64,000 bases of DNA from Callorhinchus milii. Taxonomy: Eukaryota. Below the pieces are notes generated by a model that was not told the origin of the DNA, did no database searches, and saw nothing but the letters and a program-made list of their open reading frames with translations. Shown piece after piece: positions 1 through 13,579 of the stretch (within the stretch, counting starts at the first letter, position 1; each line of letters starts with the position of its first letter). A program made the translations under genes and the position numbers. The DNA is taken from positions 42,596,001-42,660,000 of the forward strand of contig NW_024704743.1 in the NCBI RefSeq assembly GCF_018977255.1. Direction: 5' to 3'.

Positions 1-300
<300 letters not shown>

Positions 301-394
301 TGATAATGATTTTGTACAGCCTCAGTGAATAAATATTAATAATTATTGTATTTCATAAAGTGCCTTAGCATATTGAAATCCCTCAAAGCCCTTC

Positions 395-850
395 ATTGTG
401 CTTCTCGGTAAAGTGTACTGCCAGTATATTTGTAGGCAAACACAGTAACCAATGTTGCTCACAGGAATATCCCACATACATAAGGCTAGAAAGTGAATGA
501 CTGTTTTTTAATCTGGAGAATTGTTGCCAGGACACACATGAAAAACATCCCCTTTTTGAATAGTGCCAATGGATCTTTAATGTACCCATAAACAGGAGGA
601 TCTGACATCAGTTTTATCTGAATAATAGCACTTGTGACCGGTGGTAGCTTGGCTCAATTGGTAGCCCTCTCACCTCTGAGGTCGGAAGTTGTGGGCTCAA
701 GGCTCACATCAGGCCTTCAAACTCAGAGTCTAGATTGACATCCATCACTACTGGGTGTGTGCTAGACTACTGGAGGCACTATCGTTCAGAAGAGACATTA
801 AATCAAGACCCATGTCTTCCTATTCAAGTGGTTATTAAAAGAATGCATTA
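395..850. mobile_element. Two divergently oriented Deu-domain SINE fragments (SacSINE1/AmnSINE-like): ~395-632 (-) and ~640-850 (+)
   Basis: tRNA-like head (tggctcaattggtagc...tctgag...gttgtgggctcaag) and Deu-core motifs gagacattaaatcaagaccc and gaatagtgcca.tggatctttaatgt (minus). Confidence 0.7.
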
Positions 851-1100
851 CAGTAAACCCCAGCTATCCGGACCAGCTCCGGAAAAAAGTTCCGGGATGC
901 CACGATTCAAAGATCCACCCTGTGTTATCCCCCTCCCGCCAGCCCACATGATTCCCACAGCTTGACACTGATTGGTTTAGCCGAGGGCATCAACAGGGCT
1001 GCATTGTGTCAGTGGTGATTTCTGTTTTTTTGCCTAATTTATTTAAAATTCATTTTATTTATTGTGTGAGGATTTATTTTTATTTAATTTATTTTAAATG

Positions 1101-1376
1101 TTAGGGATTAGGATTAGTCAAATTGCACACAGCAGTGTCCCACAAACAGTCGTGGATTGAGTGACAAAAATGTTTTTGTGTGGGGGAGAGAAGGGATTAT
1201 TAACCCCAGAAAAGCGATCCGCCAATCGACTAACTACTGGGTTCCTACTTACTGCTAGGTAAACAGAGGCACGTAGAGTAAGTAGACTTGCTTAAGTTTT
1301 CCCTCTGCCCGGGAATCGAACCCGGGTCCCTTCCCTTGCAAGGCAAGTGCTCTAACCACTAAGATGCAGGACTCCA
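1101..1376 (-). mobile_element. tRNA(Ala)-derived SINE, family A (resembles elephant-shark SINE2-1_CM)
   Basis: The reverse complement gives ggagtcctgcatcttagtggttagagcacttgccttgcaag...ggttcgattcccgg (A/B boxes), followed by the body shared with other copies. Confidence 0.85.
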
Positions 1377-1884
1377 CAGTTTACCCCAATGTTTCTCCCT
1401 GTGTCCTAGCCAATAAGCCACCGCTATATTTTAAATAATGCAACCATAATTTGTTTTATTAGTTAGAATTTTCTGTGTTTTATTTTTTTTCAGCTAAATA
1501 GTAACAAATAACTATGTCTCCAGTGAGAAGCATACTCTTCTCATGGAATAATAGTTCAGAGTTATAATGTGCATGCTCGTAGATCATACCCACTGAGTTC
1601 TCATGAGGTCCGATACCTGTGTTTTGTTGATTTGACCACCAGAGCTGTGAGTGCTCAATTCCATAATAATCAGTGGTAAGAGTGGAATGATGTACACCAT
1701 CTATCAAATTGATATGCCACAAAATATCACAGGCTCATGCTCACAATTACACACATGGTTAGCTACAAGCCTGATTTGTGGAGTAGTGTAGAGGCATGGC
1801 AGTCCTACGTAGGAACAGAAGGAAAACGAGAGTAAAGAGGTGAGTAAATCAACTTGGAATCCTTTCGACATCTTTCCACAGTTT

Positions 1885-2235
1885 GTAGAGGAATCTGAGG
1901 GTGTTTACTGGCCATATTAATGTGTTTAAAATTTTAAATGGAATTGGAAAAGTAAATCCAGATCAATAATTTAGGATGCAACAAGACAGTACAACAAGAG
2001 GACATAGATGTAGAGTTGTAAAGGGCAATTTCAGAACAGGTAGCAGGAAGTTTTTCTTTATGCAGAGGTTAACTAATAACTGGAACAGGTTCCAGGAAAG
2101 ATGATAGAGGTCAGGATACTGAACTCATTTAAAAAGCAGCTTGATGCTGTGATGGGGGGACAGTAGGGTGAGTATTCTGAAGGGATGAAATCAGATGGCC
2201 AAAGGGCCTTCTTTATCCAAATTGATGTGGTGATG
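1885..2235 (+). mobile_element. CR1-type LINE 3' fragment (decayed)
   Basis: Recognisable TRGH..., RKFFFMQR..N.WN coding remnant and 3' UTR. A related copy lies at ~52320-52580. Confidence 0.7.
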
Positions 2236-2439
2236 GACAAAGTCCATACTATAGAAGGGAAGGAAATTAGAAATACTTTGACAAGAAAACTAAAAACATT
2301 GCCTTAACCTGCCCCTTGATGGTGATGTGTCATTTTCATAGCCAAGAAAATACTTAAAATAGAATTTGATTTGCATTGCAGGATAAAAAGTATCTATTGT
2401 TGCCTTGCTTTACAGTATTGCATTTCTTATCATCATCAG

Positions 2440-2926
2440 GGTTACCAGCACAGAGAGCTACTTCCTTAGTGATGGCCTGTATGTATCTGAGAACTTGCTA
2501 GAGAACAGGAAGCCATTGGAATTGCAGGTCATTAGAGTAATGGCCACAGAGCAAAGGCACCAAGACTGTGAGGAGGAGAACGAAGAAACCTCAGCAAAGA
2601 AAATAAAGAAGGAATATATGTCTCCTGAAGGAAGTTCGTCTGATGCTGTTTGTTCATCGCCATCCAAAGTGACTGATCAAAAGTCCAAATGTAAAACTTG
2701 CACTGATAATAGCACTCAAATCATCACATCAACAACACTTGGAAAGTGCCTTCAGAAATCCAATGACCTATGTAAAGCAACAGTGTCTTGTGAAAGTGGA
2801 TCAAATCAGCAGGATGAAATCGTCAAGGACATCCTTCATGTCTTGGAGGAAACGGATGCCTACGTGCTTGATATTGACTTGGATTTCTTTTCCGTTCAAA
2901 ATCCTTTTAAAGAAATGTATACCAAG
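2440..2926 (+). CDS. C5orf22: C5orf22 large internal exon ([17 protein letters not shown]...[21 protein letters not shown])
   Basis: Acceptor AG 2438-2439, donor gtacc at 2927. Conserved ends [13 protein letters not shown] and [16 protein letters not shown] flank a variable acidic/Ser-rich middle with a basic SAKKIKK patch. Confidence 0.93.
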
Positions 2927-2967
2927 GTACCTACATTATTCAGGCTAGTTTGGCAAAGGGCAGAAAG

Positions 2968-3866
2968 ATAATAATAATACTCGCATTTGATACAGTGCCT
3001 CATCACGTCGTTGCGATGTCTCAAAATGCTTCATAGAATATACTGTAAAGCGAATTGACTGTATATTTTGTCGGCGAAATGTAGCAGCCAATTGTGCACA
3101 ACAACAACAAAAATTACATTTGTACAGCACCTTTCACGTCGGTAGGACGTCCATAGCAATGTTCCCACAAACAGACTGAATTGAGCGATCAAATTATTAT
3201 TTTTTTGGAAGGGATTATTAACCCCGCCAATCGACTAACGACCAATTGATTTTACACAATCAGATTCATACAGAGACCTGTAGCTCTCAGTGGTTAGAGC
3301 ACTCATCTCGCAAGCGAGAAACCTGGGTTCGATTCCCAGCATGGCGAAACCTTAGGCAAGTCTCTTTACTCCACACTCCAGATAATAATCCCTCAAGGAA
3401 ATAAAATTAAAAAAAATCAATTTGGTCACTTCAATCCATGACTGTTTGAGGGACACTGCTTTGTGGGATTGGCTGCTGCATTTCACCCACAAATATACAG
3501 TCAATTCACTTTACAGTATATTCTGTGAAGCGCTTTGAGACATCTAGAAGACCTTAAAAGCGCTATATCAAGTCCAAGGATTATATATATATTGGATTCA
3601 GTCATGTTCCCTGTTATCCTATACTTCATACATTGGTATCTTACATATTGTACATTGAGAGTGTCAACAAATAATAATCCCTCCAAAACCAAAAACAATA
3701 ATAAAAATTGTTCATTTTCAATCTACGACTGTTTGTGGGACATCGCTGTGCGCAATTGGCTGCCGCGTTCGCCCACAAATATACAGTCAATTCACTTTAC
3801 AGTGTGTTCTGTGAAGCGCTTTGGGATGTGAAAAGCGCTATATCAAATGCAAGGATTATTATTATA
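2968..3866. mobile_element. Cluster of family-A SINEs: 2968-3243 (-, with an L2 3' tail inserted at ~3100-3152), 3272-3585 (+), 3670-3866 (+, 3' half)
   Basis: Shared body gactgtttgtgggacactgctgtgcgcaattggctgcc and tail gcgctatatcaaatgcaaggattattatta. tRNA head at ~3275-3345. Confidence 0.85.
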
Positions 3867-5166
3867 AAGCTGTATGTGCTTAGGTAGCATAGTGCTTTAG
3901 GAAGTTGGAGCTTATTTGCTAAGATTCAATAGGAAAGGTAAGCAGGGCAAGAAAGGTAAGATTTAATAGGAAAGGGTCTGGGGTAGGTCTGCTAACTAGG
4001 TGAAGGGGAGAAGAATGGAGACAAATGTGCAGGACCACCCTTGTCCCCTTCCAGGTTGGATGTTACTGTCTTTCACTGCGCTGGCTGTGTTTATCAGTTC
4101 CTCTCTTATAGTGATGTGGAGACGTATGAAGGATGATTGTGACAATTGGAACTCTAGAAAAGGGCTCCAGATTACCTGGTACAATATTTCCACTCGGGCC
4201 ATATGGTCTATTCATTCGTCTGCTGTGGAAGGAGTTATGTTTTGCTGTAGTATGAAGACATGACTTTACTGCCGATCATTGGAGCTTCATCAACCTGCAT
4301 GCAGTGGGAGGTACTAAGGAACATTGGCTGAGGTTGGAGTAGTTATGACATCTGGAATAATCTTACCTTTGGACTCTAGCATACAAGCAGAACATTTGAC
4401 CTTTTAGCCATAACCCCTGTAAACCTCCTCCTGCATGAAGGGGGGCAATATGTGGCATATATTTGGAGTGTGGTCATTCGGTATGATTTTGAGCTAGTCC
4501 TCCCATCTTCTGATGCACATGGAGTTCCTGCACATTTGTCTCCATACTTCCGCCCACACCCCCCCGCCCCCTTCATCTCAAGTTGGAGGACTTAATTTCA
4601 ATATCTTAAATTTATACAGCACTTTTCACACAGAAGGCGACATCTCAAACAAAGCACTTTATACAAAAAGAGATCAGTTAGATGTAAAGTGAATGTTGGG
4701 AACGTAAATGCAGACTCTAATTTACGCCAGCGATATCCTACAGTTGTGAGACGACTGGACAAGTCATTTGAATTGAGAGTGAATTTGAAAGAGGAGGGAA
4801 TATGTCAGGATATCCAGCAGGATAAACTCCATTTTTTTAATGAAATGGGTCTCTTAGGATTACTGCCATCAGGTTTACGTCTACCATCAATAGTAATCAT
4901 CCTTACATTTCATATAGCGCCTTTCATGTCAGGAGGATGTGGCAAAGTGTTTCGCAGGATTTACTTAAAAGTGTCGTGACTGAGTTTTTTGTAGGCTCCA
5001 ACTCTCTCTGCACTTTTGTATTTTTATCCTGTAGATAAATTCTTCATTCACTTTGCAGCATCTTGTGGGATATTGCTGTGTGCAGTGTCTGCCTACAAAT
5101 ACCAGTCGCTACCCTTGACAATAATTACCTACAAACATTTTGAGATGTCATGACGTGAAAGGCACT

Positions 5167-5400
5167 GTGGTGGTTAGAGCAACTCACCTTGCAAGTGAGG
5201 GACCTGGGTTTGATTCCCGGCAGGGCGAAATGTTGGGCAAGTTTCCTTACTCCACATGCCTGTTTACCTAGCAGCAAGTAAGAACCCGGTTGTAAGTTGA
5301 TTGGTGGATCACTTTTCCGGGGGTAATAATTCCTTTTAAAAAAAGTTTGCTTAAGGTTTCACACTGCCCGGGAATCTAACCCGGGTCCTCTCGCTTGCTT
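5167..5400. mobile_element. Family-A SINE 5' part (+) followed by an inverted head fragment (-)
   Basis: gtggttagagc...ggtttgattcccggcagggcga at ~5170-5230, and a reverse-complement head at ~5345-5400. Confidence 0.7.
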
Positions 5401-5777
5401 CAGAAACCATATGGGCTCTTAATACTGGGTCTAAATATCAACACTTGACAAAGCGTACTGCAGGAAGATGGCAATGAGGTCTAATTTACAGGTTATGCTA
5501 ATGACTAGACCATGTGTCTGGAGAGAATTACATGTGCCTTTAATTTATAAAATTAACCAATGATTCTCCAACTTTTTATTGGTTAATTATATAATTACTG
5601 GTTTTATGTGGCTCATTTTTAACACACATAAACACAATCCACGAATCAGACCTTGGTTAAATTGCATTATTATTTGTGGAGTATTTTTGTAGACTAACAG
5701 CATCATTTCTGGGTTAATCCCACACTAGCAGTTTTTATAGTAAGTAAATCATGCTCACTTTGTGCTTGTTTCTGCAG

Positions 5778-5843
5778 GAGGAATATGAGATTCTTAAGCA
5801 TTTATATAGTTTCACCAAGCCTGAATGTGATGAAGATGATGAG
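5778..5843 (+). CDS. C5orf22: C5orf22 exon (EEYEILKHLYSFTKPECDEDDE)
   Basis: tttctgcag acceptor, gtaatg donor, 66 bp, phase 0/0. Matches the recalled EEY.IL..LY.F.KP segment. Too short to appear in the ORF track. Confidence 0.9.
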
Positions 5844-6236
5844 GTAATGTGAAATTAAATCAATTACGTTTTTTTGATAATGTGTAGCTAATTTAAAATC
5901 CAGTTACAACGATGGAATAATTTGGTTCCAAGATCTGTGCTTAGGTAATTTGAGCCAGTAATCAGCAACATGTACCTTCTGGCCCTCTAATGTTCTTTCT
6001 GAATACGTATGTAGAACATCCTGGCACCAGTGCAATTATTGCTGGTCCACTGTTGCTTGTGAGTAACCTCGCTGCTATACCCATAGAAGCCAGTGGCACT
6101 AATGTTCTTCGTGACTATCCCTGATGAAAATCTAAGCTGTATGTCCTGGAATAAGTAGTAGTTTCAACTATTTTGTATAAAGCACAGTTGCTAGTGCTGT
6201 ACTTCAATCAAAGTTACAATGAAGGAATATGTGCCA

Positions 6237-6582
6237 GTGTGTCAGTTGGGAGCACTCTTGCTTCTGAGTCAGAAGGTTGTGGGTTCAAGCCCCAAGTTGG
6301 GACTCGGAACTCGTATAGTCTTTAAACCGAGGTCCCATTTTCCTGTACAAGTGGAAGTTAAAGATCCCATGACACTATTCGAAAAGAGAAGGGAGTTTTT
6401 CTCCCCAAAATAAAACTGGTCATTTACTTTGTGGCTGTTTGTGGGGCAATGCTGTGCGCAAATCGACTGTCACATTTGCCTGTAAAACACAGTCACTACA
6501 CTTCACACTATATCATGTGAAACACTTTGAGACATACTCCCATTGTGAAATGTGCAATACAAAACACAAGGGTTATTATTAT
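6237..6582 (+). mobile_element. Deu-domain SINE (family B), internally deleted
   Basis: Head cactcttgcttctgagtcagaaggttgtgggttcaag, Deu core aaaccgaggtccc...aaagatcccatgacactattcgaaaagagaaggg, and tail caagggttattattat. Confidence 0.8.
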
Positions 6583-6727
6583 TCAAGAATTTTTTAACGA
6601 AAACTGCCTTTTCCAGTTCACTAGTGTTAAGCTAAGAAATTGTAAAGTCTAGTTGTGAAAGGAAGATAAATGAAATTAAACCTTTTGTGGAAAAGCAATA
6701 GTGAACCTGTATGTTTGTTGCATCTAG

Positions 6728-6850
<123 letters not shown>

Positions 6851-6948
6851 TAAATATAAATATATACCAATACTCACCTATCCTCCTACAATATCAGTTT
6901 CCCTTCATTTTTCATTTTTATTTTCATATCAGCTTTCAAGAGGGAGGT

Positions 6949-7677
<729 letters not shown>

Positions 7678-8923
7678 GGTTAGAATCAATGGATCTCTGA
7701 CTTAGGACTCTTACTATTGTGCTTGGATCCTTGACTTTGTCACAAGTGGGAGCAGATGCAATGGAGAACAAGATCTGGGAGGAGACAAATATTTATATTC
7801 TGTGATACAGATATGCAGTAGTTTATGGAGCTTTTGCTCTGAACAAAGTCGCACTGCGCCATTCCAAGAACAATTCAGACACAGAATATGGAGTTAACCG
7901 AAAAAGATGTCAGTATTATGGGAAATGTTGCATATTTAATGGAATTGATCATAAGAAAAACCTTCTAATACTATTTTTGTTTTCAGACGAAGTTGTAACA
8001 GAAATTGAGATTGTGTAGGCATGAAGGTTAATTTGCAAGGATCTTGGCATTTTTGCTTTGACATGAAATGAGATCGATAATGAGATAGATCGATATTAAA
8101 AAAAAGAGTAATTTCAACCTTCTGTGGCGAACAGAAGGTAAATGGGACTGAATGGATTGCTTTCCAAAGGCCAGTATAGATACTATGGGCCAAGTAGCCT
8201 TCTTCTGTGTTGTAAATTTCTATGATTCTGTAGCAGCCCATCGAGAGCTAACAAATTATACTGTCTAATAAAAATATAGTTGAGATTTGTCTAGTTGGAA
8301 TTCCAAGCTTCATTGCTAGGGCTGCTGTAATGCACTCTATATCTGATTAGTTCTATTTCACAACGGTACCAGTTATATTTTTTGTTTCAATAATTGTATG
8401 TGTTTATTTGGACATGAACGCCTTATGCTAAGCCGTCTAAATTTGATAACTTCTGTGATTATAAATATTGATTTTAACAAATTAATTGGCCTTGTTTTGT
8501 AATTTTAATTGTTTAATGCATGCGTTTCTTGCGTATACTCCCTCCAACCATGAACAACAAATGACATTTGTATAGCGCCTTTCACGTCGGGAGGACGTCC
8601 CAAGATGTCAGACACATGAAGAAGCCTTGTACTGGCCCATAATTTAAATGTTGCCCTTGGGCCTAAGCTGCTGTTAATTTGTGACAAGCCGGGGAGAGCA
8701 TGGATTTAACCCCCTCCTCAGTAGATCATTCCTGAAAAACAAACATTAGAAGAGGAAAATGAGCATGTAACTGCCCCAGTCTACAATTTCCATTTAAAAA
8801 TAAATTCAGGACACCAAGCCGACGGCCTGTGCAGCCTATAGTCTGGAGAGACTTTGTTTTGATGCTGTGCGTTAGGAGCTATTCATTCTTGGTTTCTCAT
8901 TGTTAATTCACCTTTATTTGTAG

Positions 8924-8990
8924 GATGGAGTTGCTCGCTCCGCTGGTGTGTAGTCTGAAGGAGAGGATGGGGTCGCCTGACTATGAGATG
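8924..8990 (+). CDS. C5orf22: C5orf22 exon (MELLAPLVCSLKERMGSPDYEM)
   Basis: ttgtag acceptor, gtgatt donor, 67 bp. Completes the phase-2 Gly codon and matches ME.L.PLV.SLK.RM..PDYEM. Confidence 0.9.
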
Positions 8991-9459
8991 GTGATTACTG
9001 CATTCACTGATCTATGTTGGTCGAGCCAGACCAGAATCGGGCCAGACCTTTATCAACCACTGTAATCAGGTTGTATGTGGGAGGGGATATTCGATTCAGA
9101 ATCCAATCCTGCCGTCATGTTCTACGTTCACATTTCTAGTAAGAATCACCAGACAGTTATCAGCAGCAAGAATGTGGGGGATCGTTTTTTTCACCTACTC
9201 CAGGCATAAGCGGTCAATTGCAGAATCTCCACAACCCTGGCAGTTTGCTTGGCTGCAAGGTTCAGTATATTTAATTTACTGAGCCAATCTGGGGAACGAG
9301 TTCAGTAACTCTAATGTAGTTCATATGTAGATTTCATAAAACATCTTGGGATAGCGTCTTGCGTGGGTTATAATCTTGATATTTTTAGAGTAAAGCTTAG
9401 ACAAGCAACTTTATTGTGTTGCCAGTGAGACGGCAAGGCCTGAATGAGGTTTAACTTTC

Positions 9460-10900
9460 TCCAGTTAAATGTCGACAAGACAGAGGCTCTCCTTCTCACC
9501 TCACGCGCCGGCAGAATCAACGTCTGTCTTTCAAACCCCACATATATGCTCTGACCGGCTCAGCTTTCCGTCCTTCCTAAACGTTGTCTCCACCACTATC
9601 TCTCTCCTTGGGCTGCCAAGACCCTTGTCCAATCATTTATCATAACCAGGCTTTACTAAGCCAACTCTCTGCTCCCCAAACAAGCTGTAGATTATCCAGA
9701 CCCTGCAGCCCATGTCCTCTCACACACCAGGTTGCCTGAGCCTATAATCTCCATCTCTGCTCATTCCACTGGTTCCATTCCCCATCAAATTGAGTTCATA
9801 TACTCTTCCTCACCTACCAATCCCTCCACAGTCTCACTCCACCCGACTTCTACAACCTCCTCCCAACAACATTTGTATAGCTCCTTTCACGTCGGGAGGA
9901 CATTCCAAGGCACTGGACAGACAGTTTCGGACCCGAGCTCGGGGTGGGGGAGGGTGGAGGGCAGGGGAAGAAGCAGGGAGATCGAAAGCACGGTCGAAGA
10001 GTAGGGTCTTGAAGGAGGCAAGGGAGGGGGCGAGGAGGAGGAACTACGGGGTGGAGTTCCAGAGGGTGAGCATAGAGTAGCTGAAGGCCCACCCGCCAAT
10101 AATGGGGCGAGCAAGGCGGAGGAACGTGAAGCAGGCCGGAGCCCCCTGAGTGGAGGGAGCGAGCAGGAAGGTAGGGGATTAGGAGGTCACAGAGGTAGGG
10201 TGGAGCAAGGCCATTGAGAGCTTTGAAGGTGAGAACCAGGATCTTGAACTGTATCCTCTGTTTGATGGGAAGCCAGTGGAGTCGGGCGAGGATGGGAGTG
10301 ATAGGGTCATGGTGCCAGGTGCGGGAGAGGACGTGGGCTGAAGAGTTCTGGATAATCTGCAGCCTGTGGAGGGAGGAGTTGGGGAGGCCGACAAGCAATG
10401 AATTTGCATAGTCAAGCCTCAATGTAATGAAAGCATGTATGAGGGTTTTGGCGGCCTGTAGTGTGAGACAGTGGCAGAGCCGGGCGATGTTGAGGACATG
10501 GGAGAAGGCAGAGCGGGTCATGGTGCAGATGTGGGATAGCTGAGGGTCGAACAAGACGCCAAGGTTCTGGACTGGCTTAGTAAGGTGGAGTGTGCAACCA
10601 TGGATGGTGATGCTGTCAGCGCCTGAGGTGAGGAGGCGGTGACCCAGTGAACACTGCCTCATGCCCTGTCTTATCCACCCCACCATCGGCAGGCAGATTT
10701 TCAGCTCTGACTTAAACCTCATTCAACCTCATTTAAACCTCCCAAACCTAATTCAAGATCTGTCTCACGACTTATCTCTGACATCTTTCCCCTCTCTGTG
10801 CCCCTCTGCTTCCACCCCCAGCTCAGGTTACCAGTTAGCAGTGTCAAGCGCTTTGGGATGCCCTCCTGACATGGAAGAACCCATGTAAATGTAAATTTAT
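9460..10900. mobile_element. Nested L2 LINE fragments in a C5orf22 intron: older + copy (~9460-9860, resuming ~10650-10900) interrupted by a - copy (~9865-10645)
   Basis: Minus ORF 9850-10722 encodes the L2 ORF2 C-terminus (NLGVLFDPQL, RLDYANSLL, LHWLPIKQRIQFKILVL). Both copies end in the L2 stem-loop tail. Confidence 0.85.
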
Positions 10901-10936
10901 ATTGTATTGGTATAATTTACATTGAGCACCTTCTGA

Positions 10937-11170
<234 letters not shown>

Positions 11171-11185
11171 TAATCAATGTTCTAA

Positions 11186-11305
<120 letters not shown>

Positions 11306-11383
11306 CTGTTAGCATCTTCACACCCCCATCAAAATATCTGCTGCTGATATCTTCTAATTGGTGAAGTAGAATTTTATTTAATG

Positions 11384-11389
11384 AATAAA
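11384..11389 (+). terminator. Candidate polyadenylation signal for C5orf22 (AATAAA); alternative at 12768-12773
   Basis: First AATAAA after the stop codon. Actual use is unknown. Confidence 0.4.
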
Positions 11390-11529
11390 TTATAGTTTTA
11401 AAATGAATGGTGCTAGTGTGAGCGTGTTATTGATAATGTTCTATTCAGCAAATCTTTTAATTATCCTTTCCAATTCCAAGGTTTGTTTTTGCTGGGTGCC
11501 TGAAACCTGCAGAAACCAATCACCGTGCT

Positions 11530-12170
11530 TAATAGTATCCAAACCAAACCAAATTCCAAACTGAGAATTCCATGCATCCCACATATACTTGGAAATTGCA
11601 GAGATAGATTATTGAAATGGAATGCACACTTTCTCCCTGGAGGGACGCATTCTGCCTTACTTATTTTTAAAACGTATTAGGCACAGGTTGGCAAGGGTCA
11701 AGGCTTGGGGACCCCAGATTGTGCGTTGGGATACTACTGGAGTCTTAACCAACTAAAACCATTTAGTTTGCTATTGATAGCACAGTTTGGCAAGCCTTAC
11801 CACTGCTTTCCCACTGCTTGTCCAGCTAGTACCACCCTACTGTTAGGGCTTTGGCTTGCAGGGTTAACAGGAGGTGAGTGGGAGGATTCCCTGCTCCCAG
11901 TGACTGGTCTGTCCTGCCAACAAGCCAGGCTGGCTATGCTGTCATCAGCAGTGCCCTGGAATACTGCAGACCTGCCTCACTCAGGAACCGGATGATCAAG
12001 ACTGCCACAGAGAGCCACAGAGGCTCAATTCCGACATCCCATTATTAAGCATGTCAACTTGGAGCTATTTCAGCTCCAAGGACACCCTGCTTACCTCCCC
12101 CCACCACCACCAGGAAGACAGTCACTAGTTGGTTGGTTGACATCCAACAAGCATGGGTTTGAGCCTTCAA
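11530..12170 (+). repeat. Unclassified dispersed repeat (family X), longest copy
   Basis: Segments recur at ~22330-22925, ~41845-42045, ~43885-44125, ~33690-33775 (-) and ~36795-36840, e.g. gagggacgca..ct.cttac, ttggggacccca, gagtgggaggattcc.tgctccca.tgac. Confidence 0.7.
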
Positions 12171-12682
12171 TATTATCTAGTTCTTTCAACTAAATAGTCA
12201 CTAAAGCAAATATTTTCACAATTGTACATTTCTTATTTTAGCTGTTTAGTGTTGGAGGAGCGTATGTAAAATGTGAGCATGTCCATACAGAGACATTGAA
12301 GTAAGCGTAGACTGGAGAACCATTCCTGCTGGTTGGGAGGGTTGCAGTGTTGCAAGATGTCGACTGACATCACACTTGACTTCTATTCTCCTCGTCATCT
12401 CTCTTCCTTGCTCCACCTTGGTGGCTCTGTAGATTTATTGTTCCAATCCTGCCTGTTACTGCATCTCCCATAATGCCTTATTACCCTGTTTCTGCACAAT
12501 TACCCCTGGTGTATCCCGAGGCCTCTCGTCTTAATGGATTAGTTTTGCCTTAATACCAATGAGCTGATCATCTGGCATTGTAAAGGACACCAAAAGGACA
12601 CTAGAGGGAGTTGTTGTCTGTCAGGTTACTTTTAATATCAGACCTTCTCTGTAATACTGTAACTACATCTAGGTATCTGTAT

Positions 12683-12696
12683 CCACTAGGTGGCAC
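12683..12696 (+). promoter_or_regulatory. CTCF consensus site CCACTAGGTGGCAC
   Basis: Full match to the core CCASYAGRKGGCRS in non-repetitive sequence. Binding is not shown. Confidence 0.5.
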
Positions 12697-12934
12697 TTTC
12701 TGAGCAAATATTTTCCATTCATCTGATTTTTACCTTTTCACTTTTTTTAAAGTAAAAAAAAACTAAGAATAAAGTACAGTACATGTTTTTCCATGAATAA
12801 TATTCCTCCAGTGAATTAGAATACCGGAACCAGTACTTCAGGCTGTATTTATACTGCTATAATTAGATAATTCAGTTTCCAGCACTCAAGCGATGTGGAG
12901 CTGGGAGGCTAGTTTATAGTTTGTGCTTCATGTT

Positions 12935-13300
12935 AATAATAATAATCCTAGCATTTGATCCAGCGCTTATCATGTTGTTGGTGATATCATGTCGTTGAGA
13001 TGCCTCAAATCGCTTCACAGCATTTTACTGTAAATCGCTTCACAGGAGTGACTGTGTATTTTGTGGGTGAAACACCGCAGCCAGTTTGCACAAAGTAATG
13101 TCCCAAATACAGCCATGGAGTGAGTGACCGATTTTATTTGGGGGTTTGGCAGTCAGGACACTAGGGGCGAGAAACTCCCTTCGTTTTTTAGATAGTGCTG
13201 CAGGATCTTTAATGTCCACCTGAAGAATCAGACAGGACCTCAGATTAATGTTTCATCCAAAGGACGGCACCTCCGACAATGCTTCAAACCCCAGCCCTGC
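12935..13300 (-). mobile_element. Deu-domain SINE (family B)
   Basis: Tail aataataatcctagcatttgat and Deu core ggatctttaatgtccacctgaa...ggacggcacctccgacaatgc (reverse complement). Confidence 0.8.
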
Positions 13301-13579
13301 AAGCTTGCATTTGTCTGCTCATGTAGGAGGAATCCTATTTGAAATGAGTTTGAGCAACCTCCAGTGAGTTACCAGTGAGTGTAGCCCACAGGAAAAAAAA
13401 ATCTCCACATACAGCGGTATTTGGGACTAAACTGGAAATGTCATCATAGGAACTAGAATCCTGGTGTGGGAAATAGAAATGTCACTGAAAAAGTTTTTTT
13501 CTTTATGTTATGCATTATCCAGAACACCTTCAGTGCTGCAGAAGATGTTCTGGGTAATGCATGACATAAAGAAAAAGAC

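Noticed and set aside
851..1010. ta|cagtaaaccc start resembling a Tigger/pogo terminus
   Set aside because: No matching second TIR was found, so it is too weak to call.
3272..3350. tRNA-Ala-like sequences (also ~1305-1376, 20963, 22930, 54290)
   Set aside because: They are SINE heads: they continue into SINE bodies and lack a proper acceptor stem and terminator.
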